Shown: piece by piece, positions 61,101 through 64,000 of the stretch
Layout of the letters: each line of letters opens with the position of its first letter
How positions within the stretch are numbered: the first letter of the stretch is position 1
Assembly (NCBI GenBank): GCA_001724265.1
Contig: MEDY01000022.1
Location: 1-64,000, forward strand
Direction of reading: 5' to 3'
DNA from: Rhizaria sp. SCN 62-66
Lineage: Eukaryota
DNA length: 64,000 nt
The notes under the pieces: model-generated
Databases searched by the model: none
What the model saw: the letters and a program-made list of their open reading frames with translations, nothing else
Told to the model about the DNA's origin: nothing
Position numbers and translations under genes: made by a program

Positions 61101-64000
61101 GCGAGTGCGACACATCGTGCTGCTGCTGGTGTCGCTGAGTCGCGATGCTGGTGTCGATGTTGCTGACAGTGTAGTGGTCTGAGGTGCGGCGAGGCGCGGC
61201 ACCGGCGGCGGCGGCGGACGCGGCGAGACTCGCGTTCGGCGAGGCGCCCAGGCCGACGATCTCGCCGTTGCTCGCGGTGGCACGGGCAGAGGGCAGCGGG
61301 GACGTGAGGTTGTTCGCAGCCCCCTTGGTGCCACTGCGAGCTGTGTTGCTCTGAGGGGAGGCGGCGGCGGCCGAAAGCGAATACTTATTGACGCGGCCGT
61401 CGGTGTGCTCGATGATGACGTCGACGTTGCGGCCCTCGGTGTCAACAAAGTCGTCCGTGTTGATGACCACGTGCGCGCTGACCGACTCGGCAGCGACGCG
61501 GGTGTCATCAGCGCCGCGCGTGTTGCTGCTGGCAGCGGGAGCGCGAGAGTAGTTCATGGCGCTCACGTTGTTGCGGCTATTGCCGTTCATGTGGCCGTGA
61601 GCCAATGTCGACACCCACTGTGACACACCGAGATCGTCAGCGTCGACGTTCGTCGTCGCATTCACGGCGCCGAACGTGACGTTGCCGTCCGCGCCCGCGT
61701 GCATCGCCGCGCCACCCGGCAGCACTGTGGCGAAGATGTCGTCGAGCGGAGCCAGCCCGCGCTGCGCCAGCACCACGGGCGGCGCCATGTCGTTGTTCAC
61801 CTTAGCCACGTACACCAGCTCCGTCTCGAAGCGCTCGATCGCGGCCGTGAAGGCGTTCGGGTCGTCGCCAGCGGTTGCCTCGACGACGGCCTTGAACAGG
61901 CGGCCAAGACGCTCGGTGGCTCCGTTGAGCGCGCGCGTGAGCTTGTGACTGGCGCGGTACGCTACGGAGAGGCGGTCGCGCTGCTCACGGAAAGCAGCGG
62001 CGCGCTCACGCTCAGCCTCAGCCGCGGCCTCAGCGGCGCCGGCGCGGGCGTTCACGACTTCCTCGACGCGCGCAGAGCGTGCGATGGCGAGCTGCGCCTC
62101 GTTCTCGATCGCGCGCGCGCGGGCCTCCCCGTCAGCCTCTGCGCGGCGCGTGCGCTCCTCGCTGTGTGCGAGCACCTCCGCGCTCTGCGCTTGCTCGGAT
62201 GCGATCCGGGAGCCAGCGCGCTTGACGTCGGCCTCGGCGGCCGCGAGCGCCTGCTGCAGCAGCTCGATCGCGCCCTCGCGCTTGGCCAGCATCGCGCGCA
62301 CGGCCTCCAGCTCGGCGCGCGCGCGGTGCCCGGCCTCGGCGTGGTCGCTGCGCAGCGCCTCAACGAACGTGGCATGCTGCGCCTGCGCGTCCCGCAGCGC
62401 GGCGGCCGAGTCCAGTGCGAGCCGCTCCAACCGCGCGGCCTCGTCGTCGCGCGCAGAGTCTGCGCGGGTCTCCCACACGCGCTTCTGGTCGACCAGCTCC
62501 CTCGTCAGCGTCTCGACGCGCGTGTCGGCGGCCGCGGCGGCCTCGGTGGCCTGCGCAAGCCGCGTGCGCAGTTGCGCCTGGTCGGCCTCCATCTTGGCGC
62601 GGCGCTGCTCCTCCTGCGCCAGCTTGCCGCGCGTCTCGGCCGCCTCGGCGCGCGCGGCAGTGAGCTTGCCCTCGAACGCGGCAGCGTCGGCGCTCGCGGC
62701 CGCCGCGTCTGAACGCGCCTCCGCGACAGCGTGGCGTAGGCGCGTTGCCTCGTCGTCGCTGTTGGCGCGGGCGTGTGCGTCAATGCGAGCGCGCACTTCA
62801 GCAGCCGCGGCGAGCTCCTTCGCGGCCTGTGTGGCGGCGGCGGCGGCAGCGGCGTCGGCAAGTGCGGCGTCGAGCTTGCTCTGCATTGCGCGCACGGCGG
62901 CGCGCTCGCGCTCGAGCCCGGCGCGCGTGTCTTCGTGCGCGGCCTCCGCGGTCGCCACAGCGCGGCGCCAGGTGACCGCGGCCTCCGCCACGGCGGCCTC
63001 GCCGCGCGCGCGCTCCTCGGCCAAGGACTCGGCGAGGCGGTCGCGCTCGCGCCGGGCCTCCTCAGCGGCGGCCTGCGCGCGGCGCAGCTCCTGCAGGTGA
63101 GCGCGCGCAGCGGCGTCGGCGGTGTCGCGCGCCTCCTTGGTGGCGTCCTGCGCGCGCGCGTGCGCCTCCGTCTCGCAACGGCGCACCGACTCCTGCGCGG
63201 CGCGCAATGCGGCCTCAGCGGTCTCAGCGCGAGCGGTGGCGTCGGCCGCGCGGCGCAGCGCGTCGTCACAGCGGCGCTCAGCATCAGCCGCGGCGTCCGC
63301 GCGCTGGCGCTCCGAGCCCTCCTTGACTGCGGCGAGGCGCGCGGCGGCATCGGCGGCGGCGCGCGTAGCCAGGTCGAGCTTCTCCTGCATGTGCGCGACG
63401 GCTGTGGCGGCGTCAGCGGCTGCGGCGTCGACCTTGGCCTGCCACGCCTTCTCGCGCGCGCCCGTCGCAAGCGCGCTGCGCTGGCCCTCGGCCGCTGCGG
63501 CGCCCAGCGCGGCCGACAGCTCGGCGCGCAGAGTCTCTTGTGCGACCGAGCCCTGCGTCAGCAGCACGTCCTTGGTCCGGATCTCGGCCAGCGCCGAGTC
63601 AAGCTGCGCCTGCATCTGCGTGCGCGTCTGCGCCAGCGCCACGGTGGTATCGCCGAGCTGCTTCTTAAGCTCCTCACTGGCGCTCTGAAGGGCGGACATA
63701 CGGCGCTCGTGGCCCTCCGCCTCGCTGCTCTTGCGCTGGCGCTCGGCAGTCTCGGTCGCGAGCAGCGCTTCAAGCTCACGGACGCGCGTCTCGTGCTGCG
63801 CGCGCGTTTCCTTAAAGCGCGCGGCGGCCTTCTCGGCGGCGGCCTTGGCCTTGGCGACCTCGTCCTCGGAGGCCACCGCGCGCGCAACAGCGCTCTCGGC
63901 CTCGGCAGTCAGGCGCGCGAGCTCGGCCTTGACGGCGCGGTCGCAGCGGTCCACGTCAGCGCGCGCCTGCGCCGCGGCCTGCGCGCGCTCGTGCTCCAGC
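58123..64000 (-). CDS. Large Ala/Glu/Arg-rich coiled-coil protein with a disordered acidic C-terminal half; 5'-partial, >1950 aa, containing two in-frame TAG codons (59782-59784 and 58321-58323)
   Basis: The frame is open from the window end. ORFs 59782-63954 and 58321-59739 share a frame and are separated only by TAG. After the second TAG, 65 more codons (EHLALLAQADNAIQSSVALLNKAKKRP...SLWSNIRK) run to TGA at 58123-58125, followed by AT-rich DNA. Confidence 0.75.

Noticed and set aside
1-64000. tRNA (including a UAG-decoding tRNA), rRNA, transposons, CRISPR arrays
   Set aside because: No cloverleaf, rRNA-like segment, transposase/RT ORF, terminal repeat or spaced direct-repeat array was recognised by eye; a covariance-model scan is needed to exclude small RNAs.

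Overview
Gene-dense, intron-poor nuclear DNA from a eukaryotic microbe, probably a flagellated protist. Exons are GC-rich; spacers and the 111-210 nt GT-AG introns are AT-rich. I can support 13 protein-coding genes: a partial ketopantoate-reductase-like gene, an NDK x3/Dpy-30/adenylate-kinase fusion, a ~2300-aa Ser/Ala/Thr-rich protein, SDR39U1-like epimerase, AP-2 mu, PIG-P, a ~6240-aa protein with ~15 tandem adenylate/UMP-CMP-kinase-like domains, eIF4G, a small ubiquitin-like-fold protein, BOP1/Erb1, a degenerate PKA-regulatory-subunit-like protein, SF3B1 and a partial coiled-coil protein. Two signals stand out. (1) TAG looks like a sense codon: three in-frame TAGs lie inside continuous coding sequence in two genes, while all 12 visible gene ends use TAA or TGA. 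This suggests a variant nuclear code with UAG decoupled from UAA. (2) The giant, mostly pseudo-catalytic poly-NMP-kinase protein, which the ORF track splits at one intron. No RNA genes, mobile elements or CRISPR arrays were recognised. All assignments are by-eye motif recognition; no searches were run.
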